DNA of 64,000 bases, taken from positions 54,984 through 118,983 of the forward strand of contig JBCCYL010000009.1 in NCBI GenBank assembly GCA_039189765.1, written 5' to 3'. Source of the stretch: Cyanobacteria bacterium P01_F01_bin.150 (lineage in GTDB: Bacteria; Cyanobacteriota; Cyanobacteriia; CAKZMO01). Positions 1 through 9,154 of this stretch are shown piece after piece. How positions within the stretch are numbered: position 1 is the stretch's first letter; the number at the start of each line of letters is the position of its first letter. The position numbers were made by a program, and so were the translations under genes. The notes below the pieces were generated by a model that had not been told where the DNA came from, made no database searches, and saw nothing but the letters and a program-made list of their open reading frames with translations.

Positions 1-217
1 AAATCTAATTGGTAAAGGGTTGTTGATCTTGAGTATGGAACAACCGAGGTTAGAACATGATTCCGGCAATGGCTTTGCTGAACGATCTTCTTTAGAGGCA
101 TCTCAGAAAGCCCAGGAGCAAGACATTGTAGAATTACGGACAAAGACAACGCCGACCTGCTTATCTGCATATCTCAAATAAAGTCCATATCAGTAACGGA
201 ATGGTGAGACAGAGCTA

Positions 218-249
218 ATGGTGGTGTGGGCGCAACGCGCCCACACCAT
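218..249. repeat. REP-like GC-rich palindrome / probable terminator
   Basis: atggtggtgtgggcgc-aac-gcgcccacaccat hairpin just past the stop of the minus-strand gene. Confidence 0.6.
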
Positions 250-255
250 TTGTTT

Positions 256-1083
256 TTAAGCTGTTAAAGGGCCAGGCTGCAATGCCTTAAGATACTTCAG
301 AAACTCTGTTTGTTCACGAGCACTGAGCTGCTGGCGTGATCGCTTATGGTATTTTTGATCCAGCCAATCCCGTCCTTGGGCAATGGTCCACCCCACCCGC
401 TGCATTTCAATCAAAATCAAATCCGATACCGATAGCTCAATCACTCCAGCAATTAATTTCCAGCACGGATCGTCACCTTCCCAGCTGGGCGGACGGTGGG
501 GCAAACCTAAACTCATCGTTATCAAGCATTGAGCACTGGGCCTATGACCTTGATCTAATTGGGCAACAAATGCTGGATCGGTAATGGGTACCTGATAAAT
601 CGTTTGCCCCAGAGCCGTTGTAAACGATCCTTTCCAGCGGGTTCCAGTGGAACGGACATCACCCGTGACCTGAAAAGACTGGGTGCGGATTAGCTCTAAC
701 GTTCGGCGGTTTTGGAGAGGCTGCGATCGCAGCCACGGCTCTGATACATACTTACGTTCGGTATGCAAAATCTGAGGCCGACAGCTACAAAAGGTCATTA
801 CCCTAGCAGGCTGTGCCCGATCAATCCGTTGCCATTGGCCATCGCGAATCCAGTAATTTTCACGGGCCATGCGATCGCGGTCCACTTTGTAGGCTAGCGG
901 AATACTCAAGATATCCAGAAGCGCCGGTTCGTCACCGTCAATAAGGCGGATATCCGCTGGCACTTGACCATCGGGGAGGCGATCGCACACTGGCCGTACC
1001 CATTGGCCTGTATAAATATCGATACCAGCAATGCATCGCTCTCCATGTTTCCAGGAGTTTGCTAAACAAATCAACGTCGCCAT
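256..1083 (-). CDS. Dual OB-fold domain protein (DUF488-associated) with C-terminal cyanobacterial helical module
   Basis: N-term LICLANSWKHGERCIAGID...WVRP, ITDP, WKLIAGV; C-term EMQRVGWTIAQGRDWL...KRSRQQLS...EFLKYL. Confidence 0.75.
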   Translation of the reverse strand: MATLICLANSWKHGERCIAGIDIYTGQWVRPVCDRLPDGQVPADIRLIDGDEPALLDILSIPLAYKVDRDRMARENYWIRDGQWQRIDRAQPARVMTFCSCRPQILHTERKYVSEPWLRSQPLQNRRTLELIRTQSFQVTGDVRSTGTRWKGSFTTALGQTIYQVPITDPAFVAQLDQGHRPSAQCLITMSLGLPHRPPSWEGDDPCWKLIAGVIELSVSDLILIEMQRVGWTIAQGRDWLDQKYHKRSRQQLSAREQTEFLKYLKALQPGPLTA

Positions 1084-1101
1084 GCGTTCTAATAAAAAGG
1101 C

Positions 1102-1554
1102 TCAAAGATGATGAATCGTGACATCGCTCCACCGATCGGATAAATATTCGGCGACCAGTCGCCGATGGCAATGGTGGGGAGTTGCTTCACTACAGAGCAA
1201 ACATCCTCCATCAAGTAACTCCGGAGACAGGGTTTCCTCAATCCGTCGTTCGGCCATTAGTGCATTAAACTGACGGGTGTATTGGTCCCAGTCTCCCAGT
1301 TTTCCTCGTTTGCCGCCGGGCTTTTTGTAGGCGTCCAGAATATTTTTGGTGGGTGCGAGATTCAGTTGGTGCGTGTAGTTAATGTTCCCAATTTCCCCCA
1401 GGAAATATTCAAGATCGGGAGATTTGCTAAAGCCTGCAAGCTGGGATTTATTATTTAGCCGCACATCGATAACGGTTTTCACGCCTGCGTTGATTAAACG
1501 GCTAAAAAACGTCCGTGCTGTTTTCTTGGTAAATCCAATAGTGTAAATCTTCAC
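1102..1554 (-). CDS. DUF488 family protein (short)
   Basis: KIYTIGFTKK, IDVRL, LLCSEATPHHCHRRLVAEYL. Confidence 0.9.
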   Translation of the reverse strand: MKIYTIGFTKKTARTFFSRLINAGVKTVIDVRLNNKSQLAGFSKSPDLEYFLGEIGNINYTHQLNLAPTKNILDAYKKPGGKRGKLGDWDQYTRQFNALMAERRIEETLSPELLDGGCLLCSEATPHHCHRRLVAEYLSDRWSDVTIHHL

Positions 1555-1689
1555 CGCTATGTTGAGGCTACTGCCTAACTGACCCTATATTACATATATA
1601 CTATATCTTTAGTGGGTTTCGTGAAATAAGCGACAGTGGAGGCACAGACACCTCCATTGCCTGCCTAACGTTAGCGATACAATAACTCT

Positions 1690-2469
1690 ATGAACAGACC
1701 TAATTTTCCTGGCATGAATCCCTATTTGGAGCGACCAGATATCTGGCCAGAGATCCATTATGGTCTGATAAGTGGTTTGATGCGATCGCTAAATCCTCTT
1801 TTAGTCCCCAAATACAGGGCCGCAGTGGATAAACGGACCTATATGGATTCTGTTTTAGTGGGGATTCCCGATACCACTGTTATCCAATCACCCAAGTCTA
1901 TTGACTCACAGCAGCTAACTGGTCGATCTGCGGCTAACCTTCAAGCGGCCACGACCATCTTGAGCAAACCAGAGATTGTTTCAGTTCCAATACAGGAAGA
2001 AGTGACCGAACGCTTTTTGGAAATTCGAGAAACAGCCACTGGCAAAGTGGTAACAGTGATTGAAGTGTTATCACCTAAAAATAAACAAGGAGGAGAAGGG
2101 CGCTTGAAATATCTGAAAAAGCGCCAAATGATTTTCAGCAGTCAGACTCACTTTGTTGAAATTGATCTCTTGAGAATGGGGCAACCGATGCCAATTCAAG
2201 GAGGCCGAAAATCGTCTTATCAAATTTTGGTCAGCCGAGTGGACCAGCGCCCCAGTGCAGAACGCTACCCCTTTGATATGCAACATCCGATTCCAGTTTT
2301 TACATTACCTCTGATGGTAATGGATACTGAGCCTGTAATTCAGTTAAATAAATTAATTGATCAAGCCTATCAGGAAGCCGCTCTTGATTTAGTCATTGAC
2401 TACAGTCAACCGCCTGCGCCTCCCTTGGGGAAGAAGGACAGAGTATGGCTTGAATCTTTGCTCAATTGA
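1690..2469 (+). CDS. DUF4058 family protein (PD-(D/E)XK-like)
   Basis: FPGMNPYLE start, VIEVLSPKNK, EIDLLR. Confidence 0.85.
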   Translation: MNRPNFPGMNPYLERPDIWPEIHYGLISGLMRSLNPLLVPKYRAAVDKRTYMDSVLVGIPDTTVIQSPKSIDSQQLTGRSAANLQAATTILSKPEIVSVPIQEEVTERFLEIRETATGKVVTVIEVLSPKNKQGGEGRLKYLKKRQMIFSSQTHFVEIDLLRMGQPMPIQGGRKSSYQILVSRVDQRPSAERYPFDMQHPIPVFTLPLMVMDTEPVIQLNKLIDQAYQEAALDLVIDYSQPPAPPLGKKDRVWLESLLN

Positions 2470-2616
2470 TTTTTCTAGTATCCCTGGTTGCCACAATCTG
2501 GATGAACCAGGGGTATCGTCATCAGACGGGTGGTTTGGGGGGGGCGCGCCCCCCCCCCACCACCGTTAATTTTATTTCGCTTTAAAACGAAAGCCTGAAC
2601 CAGGGAAAAATTGTGA

Positions 2617-3357
2617 TTACTTTCGGTAGGCAATTTTTTTACCTTGTTGACAATAGGCTATTGCGATCGCCCTCTGTCTTTTTTCTAACTGCGGCTCTAG
2701 CCAATCTTTAAATACATCCAACTGTCTGACTACAGTAATGCTGCTATCCCTTTTACGATTGTTCTCCTCAAAAGTGCTAGAAGGTGTCGGTCTTGCTTTA
2801 GTTCCAAACACACTTAGTAAATCCAGTTGGGCGATCGCCTCTTCAGGCTCCGGCTCTGGCTGATCGGGAGTATATAACTTTAGTAATCGATCCTCCAGCT
2901 CTGAGTGGGATTCCAGCCGACCATTGCGTAAAATATGTTGGATAGTATGGCCATCAGTATGAAGGGGACGGCTTACTAAAATAGCCCGATGACAGGTAAT
3001 CGGATCGTGCTCGGCACACATCAGAGCAATGGAATGGGTTTCCGACCCTTTGACCAGACGGTTTAATCCCTCGATAAAAATAGGCGTTTGGGCCAGTCGT
3101 TCATAACTTACGGTTCCATCAATGTAGCAATCCGGATCGGTGCTGCGGGGTCCCAGTTCTTTTCCTAAAAATACATAACTCAGTCCAGCTTTACGGATTG
3201 CGCCTTCTAGAGGAGCTTTGCAAAAGTGCTGGCAGTAGCGACTGTAGGGATGCGATCGCACATCAGCCAGCGCGGTTACACCATGATGCTTAAGGAGACC
3301 AATAAACTCGTCAATGGTGTGATTGGAGTGACCGATGGTAAAGATGGGACGTGGCAT
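2617..3357 (-). CDS. DUF488 family protein (long)
   Basis: IFTIGHSNH, ADVRSHPYSR, LMCAEHDPITCHRAILV. Confidence 0.9.
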   Translation of the reverse strand: MPRPIFTIGHSNHTIDEFIGLLKHHGVTALADVRSHPYSRYCQHFCKAPLEGAIRKAGLSYVFLGKELGPRSTDPDCYIDGTVSYERLAQTPIFIEGLNRLVKGSETHSIALMCAEHDPITCHRAILVSRPLHTDGHTIQHILRNGRLESHSELEDRLLKLYTPDQPEPEPEEAIAQLDLLSVFGTKARPTPSSTFEENNRKRDSSITVVRQLDVFKDWLEPQLEKRQRAIAIAYCQQGKKIAYRK

Positions 3358-3436
3358 GAACTAGCACGAACAAAAGGTCTATTATTTTATTCTAACCGCC
3401 AGCGAAATTGAAGAATATGCGCCTAAAGTCTACGAG

Positions 3437-4666
3437 TTAGGAGGGTTCCAGATAAACCTGGATTTTGCAACCTTTGCCAGGTTCGCTGTTAATTTTGAGA
3501 CTGCCCTGGAGAGCTAAAATTCGTTCCTCCATCCCCTGTAGCCCAAACCCACTGCGCTGACTGGCCATGCGATCAAAGCCCTTGCCATTATCTTTTACGA
3601 TTAGAGACAGCCCCGAAGGATTTGACTCCAGGTGAATATCGACGGTGGTCGCTTCGGCGTGCTTAAAAATATTGGTCAGTGCTTCTTGAATTACTCGGTA
3701 AAGGGCAGTGGAAACGTTTAGAGGAGGATTAGTACCTAATTGGATATGAACGGTCGGGTTAATTTGAGTTGTGCGGTGAAAGTTTTGAGTCAGGGTGGCG
3801 ATCGCCTCTTCCAGTGGCTTATCTTTCAGAGGATTTGTTCGCATGGCCGCAACGGACTGACGCACATCCTGTAAGGCTGTAGATCCCAAACGTTTTGCCT
3901 CTTGCAAAAAGCTCTGGGACTGCTCAGGGCGGACCGTCGCTAACTTTAGGGCTCCCTCGATTTGCAGATTTAAGGCTGTTAAAGAATGACCGAGAGAATC
4001 ATGGATTTCACGGGCAATGCGATTCCGCTCCTGTTCCATCGCCAGGGACTCAACCCGGAGAGCATAGTTACGCAGTTGATCATTGGCATCAATCAGCTTT
4101 TCTCGACTTTCTCGCTCGGTTACCAAGGCATTAGTCAGGAGCAATACCAGAATTAAGCACAGCCCAAACAGAAGCGAAAAATTAAGACCAAAGGCCATTA
4201 GCATACGTTGACTGAGCTGCCAAATACTGACTGCGGCGGGACTGTCAAACGTCGGATTCACAATGCGACTGCCTGCCTGGCTGATCCGATCAAGCACTAC
4301 GGACACAAAAATGCCAAAGGCAAGAATGGTTACGACCAGACGCCCCCGCAATCGAAAGATAAGGGAGCTGCGAATCACCATAATCAGTTGGGGAAATGGA
4401 AACCCCCGTCCCGATACCCCAAAAGCCATTAGGACAATAAGTCCCATTTGCCCCGCTGTATAGAGCCACTTATGACTAGCCTTTTGGGTGGGAATAGCCA
4501 ATCCCATCAGACCAAAAACAATAATGACCAAAATGGCGGGAAAGGGATTATTACTACGAAAGGGGGCAAATAGCTCTAGGAGAATAGCCAATAGCAGTAA
4601 CCCCCATTCCACATACAGCAAAAAGGGAAACGGGTGATTGCGAGGGGTAATCACACGATGATTCAT
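3437..4666 (-). CDS. Membrane sensor histidine kinase (HisKA_3, DesK/NarX class)
   Basis: Several TM segments, ERNRIAREIHDSLGHSLT H-box, QEALTNIFKHA, DNGKGF, GFGLQGM; start set at MNHRV. Confidence 0.9.
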   Translation of the reverse strand: MNHRVITPRNHPFPFLLYVEWGLLLLAILLELFAPFRSNNPFPAILVIIVFGLMGLAIPTQKASHKWLYTAGQMGLIVLMAFGVSGRGFPFPQLIMVIRSSLIFRLRGRLVVTILAFGIFVSVVLDRISQAGSRIVNPTFDSPAAVSIWQLSQRMLMAFGLNFSLLFGLCLILVLLLTNALVTERESREKLIDANDQLRNYALRVESLAMEQERNRIAREIHDSLGHSLTALNLQIEGALKLATVRPEQSQSFLQEAKRLGSTALQDVRQSVAAMRTNPLKDKPLEEAIATLTQNFHRTTQINPTVHIQLGTNPPLNVSTALYRVIQEALTNIFKHAEATTVDIHLESNPSGLSLIVKDNGKGFDRMASQRSGFGLQGMEERILALQGSLKINSEPGKGCKIQVYLEPS

Positions 4667-4856
4667 ATTTTTTCTCTGATGCGGTGCGTTATCACAGGGG
4701 TATTGTAGGCGCGATCGCACCTTTCCATAACAGCTTTGAGTACATTATTAACGTTGTGGATAGTGGCTTATGGATTCCTTTCACCGTGTCACATGATCGA
4801 ATAGCCCCGGTAGGGTTCAAGTAAAATATGGATACATCCTTTATGGGCTCCACATT

Positions 4857-5501
4857 ATGACCCAAAGTCTTGCGATCTCTAAAAATATTCTTACAATGGC
4901 GGCTGTCCAGCAGCGTTTTGGGGTGGTTCCAAGCGCGGATCCAGCCTTTTTTACAGAATGGAGTCAAGCGTTGCCAGCATTAACCCAGTCAGATCTTGAA
5001 ATACTTGACCAAGTAAAAGCGAGATTTGACCGTCATCGTCATCAAGGCCCCTTGGCCGAAGGAACCATTAATCAGCTACTGATTTCTCCGCTGCTGACGC
5101 TGGCGGGTCTATATGACGCTCCCTTCTTTGTTTCTACAGAACCTAGCCTTGAAATTGAGATAGAAGACAGGGATGAAGTTTTACGGGGACGCATTGATAC
5201 CTTGATTGTTCAAGACCAATTTTGGGCGTTGGTGATTGAATCAAAGTCCACTATCGCATTTTCACTGGCGTTGCCTCAGGCGATGACGTATATGATGGCC
5301 AATCCCTATCCCGATCGCCCCGTTTATGGGTTAATCAGCAATGGGGACGAGTTTATGTTTATTAAAATGCTGACCCAAGGACTCCCCCAATATGACCTGT
5401 CCAACGTTTTTTCCCTACTGATTCCCCGACGCAATCAGCTTCAAGACATTCTGCAAATCCTTCGGCAAATTCGGCAAATTATGGTCAGTTCTACACACTG
5501 A
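4857..5501 (+). CDS. Stand-alone HsdR-N-like / PD-(D/E)XK restriction-endonuclease-like protein
   Basis: LRGRIDTLIV..VIESK, LPQAMTYM, YGLISNGDEFMFIK; typical cyanobacterial family. Confidence 0.75.
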   Translation: MTQSLAISKNILTMAAVQQRFGVVPSADPAFFTEWSQALPALTQSDLEILDQVKARFDRHRHQGPLAEGTINQLLISPLLTLAGLYDAPFFVSTEPSLEIEIEDRDEVLRGRIDTLIVQDQFWALVIESKSTIAFSLALPQAMTYMMANPYPDRPVYGLISNGDEFMFIKMLTQGLPQYDLSNVFSLLIPRRNQLQDILQILRQIRQIMVSSTH

Positions 5502-6120
5502 CCGTTCTCAAAACTTGATTCGCTGTCAATGTCAGGCCAGGAAATGTGGGAGAAACAATCAGATTGTCGTCTCGAAACTGCTGGACCTGATACCGACCAT
5601 TCACCAGGGTAAAAATGGAAAGCGTGGGTCTTTTGGGACTGCCAATATGGCGAGTACCGCCTATCCCCGCATAGTCTGCAATCCAGTATTCAGGGATACC
5701 TAAGGTCTCGTAGTCCTCTAACTTGCGAGAGTAGTCATTTTGCCAATTACTGCTAACGACTTCAGCGATCATCTTAATTGAGCGACTCTGCGTCAAAATT
5801 GACTGTTCCTGCCAGAGCGGTTCGTTATGTAGATTGGCTTCATCGATTACAGCCACATCAGGGCGAAAGGCCGTCATCGCAATATTCGGTGGACGAAAAA
5901 GCGGCCGTTGCAAGACAACCCAAGCGAGATCTGCTAGATCTATCTGAACGCAAGTCTTCTTAGTGATAAACCCCGCTACCTGCTCATGAGGACCAGTTGG
6001 TTCCAAATCAAACACTTCTCCGTCAATCAGTTCATATCGGTTGTCACCACCATACCGTGTCAGGAACTCATCAACGCTGAGTGGCCTTTGTTGTAGAGGT
6101 GGATTGATTGCGATGGTCAT
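5491..6120 (-). CDS. Uma2 family endonuclease
   Basis: RYELIDGE, RPDVAV, AEVVSSNWQNDY, GIPEYWIAD. Confidence 0.9.
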   Translation of the reverse strand: MTIAINPPLQQRPLSVDEFLTRYGGDNRYELIDGEVFDLEPTGPHEQVAGFITKKTCVQIDLADLAWVVLQRPLFRPPNIAMTAFRPDVAVIDEANLHNEPLWQEQSILTQSRSIKMIAEVVSSNWQNDYSRKLEDYETLGIPEYWIADYAGIGGTRHIGSPKRPTLSIFTLVNGRYQVQQFRDDNLIVSPTFPGLTLTANQVLRTVSV

Positions 6121-6185
6121 AGGACGATCGTTCCTTGAGTTAGCTTTCCTTTTTTGACCATACTATAAGGCTAAATGTTATGCAG

Positions 6186-9104
6186 TTAAAGCCAATTGCC
6201 CAACAGGACAAAGGGTGCCCAATAATAAGGAACATTAAGGTTTGGATCTGGATCGTTTAGGAGAGAAAGTTGGGCTTGTCGGAGCGCTTCTGCTTTAGTC
6301 ACGTCTTGATTAACCCAAACGTCATAGAATTTTGCCATGGTTTGTGATGTGGACGCGTCATCAACGGTCCATAGGGAGGCTAAGGTACTTCGCGCCCCCG
6401 ATCGCACCGCCATTCCTGCCAACCCTAAACTTGCTCGACTATCTCCCGATGCCGTTTTACAGGCACTTAGCACTAATAGCTCAATAGGGCGACGGCGATT
6501 GAGTTCACTTGACTGGAGCAGGGTACTCACTTCATTGATATTTAGACGAGTATCCCAGGCTAGGATAAACGTATTTTCGACCTGAGGTCCAAACTCTCCA
6601 TGGGTGGCTAAATGCACCACTGGTGCAGATGTTGCACTAATGCGGTCTTGAATGGTGCGCTCAGTAAATCGTTCGTTAAGCAACTGCTGACTAGACGCAA
6701 CGATCGCCCCAATTTGATCAAACTCATCATTCACATTGGGCAATGGAGTGAAGTCTTGCTCGTCTTCTGGAATTTCACTCAGCCCACCCATAAATACTTC
6801 TAATTCTTGGACATTAGGGGGAGCTGATTCCGTCAGTTGGATACCGGGGGCAAGGGCAATGCTATAGGTTTCAAGCAGGTAGCGATCGCCATCAAATAGC
6901 GTTGCCATTGGAATACTGCGGAGTGCCCCGTCCAACACAAAAACCAGGGTTTTAACACCACTCTTTTCCAGTTCTTCCGCAAAGGGGGCTAACAACCAGT
7001 CATATAGCATCTTTAAGTTTTGCTGAAGCTGAGCTTTGCTTCCACGACTTAAGCGACGCTGAGTCATAAAGCTGCGTATCAGTCGCGTGGTGTTTTCAAT
7101 CTCTTGCGTAGACACAGGGCTTGCACTATTGAGAATAGAGCGTGATGGTTTATTGGAGGCAACATCGTCCGTGGCCGTTTGCTTAGTGGATAGTGAATCT
7201 GGTTGGGACTCGTTGGTTGTAGTTTGAGCGGTGGGCTGGGGTAAACTCAGAATAACTTCGAGGCGATCGCTCAAAATAATCGGGTAGATCACTGCGGCTT
7301 GTGAATCTACCTCATCGATATTGACATCATTGGCATTGAGACACGACTCTCGAAAAAAGTTATCAAGTTCAGCAAGCTGTAGGTCTTCAATGGTTTGACG
7401 GGCTTTTTCCAGATCCTGATCCTTCTGATTTTTGTCAGATGTGGAGACCTTATTCGGCTCAAGTAACAACTCTACCAATTCACGGTGGATTGGTTCAGTG
7501 GTGTCTCGAAAGGAAAACTGCACGTTTCGATCTACTGCTGCCAGATCCTGCCGCAACACTTTAAGCGATTGGATCGCCTGATCGTAGGCTGCGATCGCCC
7601 CCTCTCTATCATTACCCTGTCGTCGTAACTGGGCCAACTGCCAATACCATCGATAGGTGATCTCATCCGCATTAGCCCTTTGGGCTAATTGAAGGGCTTG
7701 TTGGGTTAAGTAAAGGGACTCACCCCGCCGATTCTGTTTTTCTACATCGGTTTCTTCTTCCCTTTCAGCCTTTATGTATACGGTGCCGAGAGTTCCCAAC
7801 ACCTGGGCCTGAACTCTAGCATCTCCTAAAGATTCTGCCTGTTGGTTTGCTGTCGCTAACAGGGTTGCAATGTCGGTCCACTGAATTAGCTGGATGGATG
7901 GAGGAAGAGAATCGGCTGTATCGATTTGCTTTTGCTTGAGTCGTATTAGTTCTTGTGCGAGATCAACTCGCTGGTAAATACTAGTGCGGCTAGGGGGCAG
8001 AGACTGGAACTGGAGCTGAATTTGAGTTCTAAGCGGCTGTAGCTCTTGCCAAGGGATGGCTTCATCGTTTTCCGTCAGCAAAAGATGGAATTTTTTCAGA
8101 CGGGCATCAATCTGGGTAGATGCTGAAGGGGATTGGTCGATCGCTTGCTGATATAGGTTTAGAGCGCTCTCAATAAGGACCTGTCGTTGGAATTCAAAGT
8201 CCGAGTCTTGAATTCGAAACGCTTTTGCCCGTTGAACATCTCCCTGGCTGAGGTAAATATCGGCGATCGCCTGGTCCAACTCAAATCGCTTGGCCATCAC
8301 CAATGCCTGATCCAAAATTGTGGTTGCATCTGGTTGCAGAGCATTCTGACCAGTCCTGTTTGGGATCTTTTGATCGATCTCCGTATTCACAGATGATGAA
8401 GGTGCCAAAATTCCAGCAATGCGGAGAGCATTCCCTAAACTATGGAGGGTCGAGACCTTTGTTGGAGAATCCGGCTCAGCGGCTAGTGTATTCCGAATCT
8501 CGGTTAGCTGGTCGATGGCTTGCTGATAAAATCCCATCGACTGTAGGGCTTGGGTTTGATTAAATTGGCTTTTAATGATGCCAGTTTGATCACCCGCTTG
8601 ACGATAATAGGTTGCAGCTTGTTTCCAGGTCTCCACCGCATCACGGAACTGGCCTTGGGAAAATTGCAGTTTTCCCTGAATCATCAAGGATTGAGCCATT
8701 ACATCAGCCTTGCCATTCTCAGTTAAAGGCGTTAGTAAGCTAAGGCTCGTTTCAATAGTGGTGCGAGCGTCGCGCCAGTTGCCAAGCTGTTGATGGGCTA
8801 AAGACAAGTTACTAAGGGCGATCGCCTGCTGCAACGTATCACCACTGGCCTCATAGGTGGCCAATGCCTGTTGCAAAAGCTGGATGGCTTCCCTATACTG
8901 TCCAGCTTCGTAGCGATCGCGCCCTTGCTCGACTAGGCCTTGCGCCGTTGGGTAAAGAGAAGACGGGCTAGATGGTGCTTGCGTGGTGAAGGGGCGACTC
9001 GGCGCAACGCGATTGGAGGCCAGATGGGCGATCGCGGGTAGAGCCACAATGCAAAATACGGCTGTAAGGACTGAAATCAGCGCTAACTTATATCGTTTTC
9101 CCAT
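6186..9104 (-). CDS. TPR + CHAT (caspase-like) domain protein with signal peptide
   Basis: TPR repeats; VHLATHGEF, LVLSACKTA, ASLWTVDD, HP/PYYWAPFVLLGNW. Confidence 0.9.
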   Translation of the reverse strand: MGKRYKLALISVLTAVFCIVALPAIAHLASNRVAPSRPFTTQAPSSPSSLYPTAQGLVEQGRDRYEAGQYREAIQLLQQALATYEASGDTLQQAIALSNLSLAHQQLGNWRDARTTIETSLSLLTPLTENGKADVMAQSLMIQGKLQFSQGQFRDAVETWKQAATYYRQAGDQTGIIKSQFNQTQALQSMGFYQQAIDQLTEIRNTLAAEPDSPTKVSTLHSLGNALRIAGILAPSSSVNTEIDQKIPNRTGQNALQPDATTILDQALVMAKRFELDQAIADIYLSQGDVQRAKAFRIQDSDFEFQRQVLIESALNLYQQAIDQSPSASTQIDARLKKFHLLLTENDEAIPWQELQPLRTQIQLQFQSLPPSRTSIYQRVDLAQELIRLKQKQIDTADSLPPSIQLIQWTDIATLLATANQQAESLGDARVQAQVLGTLGTVYIKAEREEETDVEKQNRRGESLYLTQQALQLAQRANADEITYRWYWQLAQLRRQGNDREGAIAAYDQAIQSLKVLRQDLAAVDRNVQFSFRDTTEPIHRELVELLLEPNKVSTSDKNQKDQDLEKARQTIEDLQLAELDNFFRESCLNANDVNIDEVDSQAAVIYPIILSDRLEVILSLPQPTAQTTTNESQPDSLSTKQTATDDVASNKPSRSILNSASPVSTQEIENTTRLIRSFMTQRRLSRGSKAQLQQNLKMLYDWLLAPFAEELEKSGVKTLVFVLDGALRSIPMATLFDGDRYLLETYSIALAPGIQLTESAPPNVQELEVFMGGLSEIPEDEQDFTPLPNVNDEFDQIGAIVASSQQLLNERFTERTIQDRISATSAPVVHLATHGEFGPQVENTFILAWDTRLNINEVSTLLQSSELNRRRPIELLVLSACKTASGDSRASLGLAGMAVRSGARSTLASLWTVDDASTSQTMAKFYDVWVNQDVTKAEALRQAQLSLLNDPDPNLNVPYYWAPFVLLGNWL

Positions 9105-9154
9105 GATTTTTTCTCACTCCTAACGGCTTATTTTTAGGTTAATTTGCAAATCTC

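Noticed and set aside
1..210. Partial gene at the window start
   Set aside because: One frame is open for ~59 codons but has no recognisable motif.
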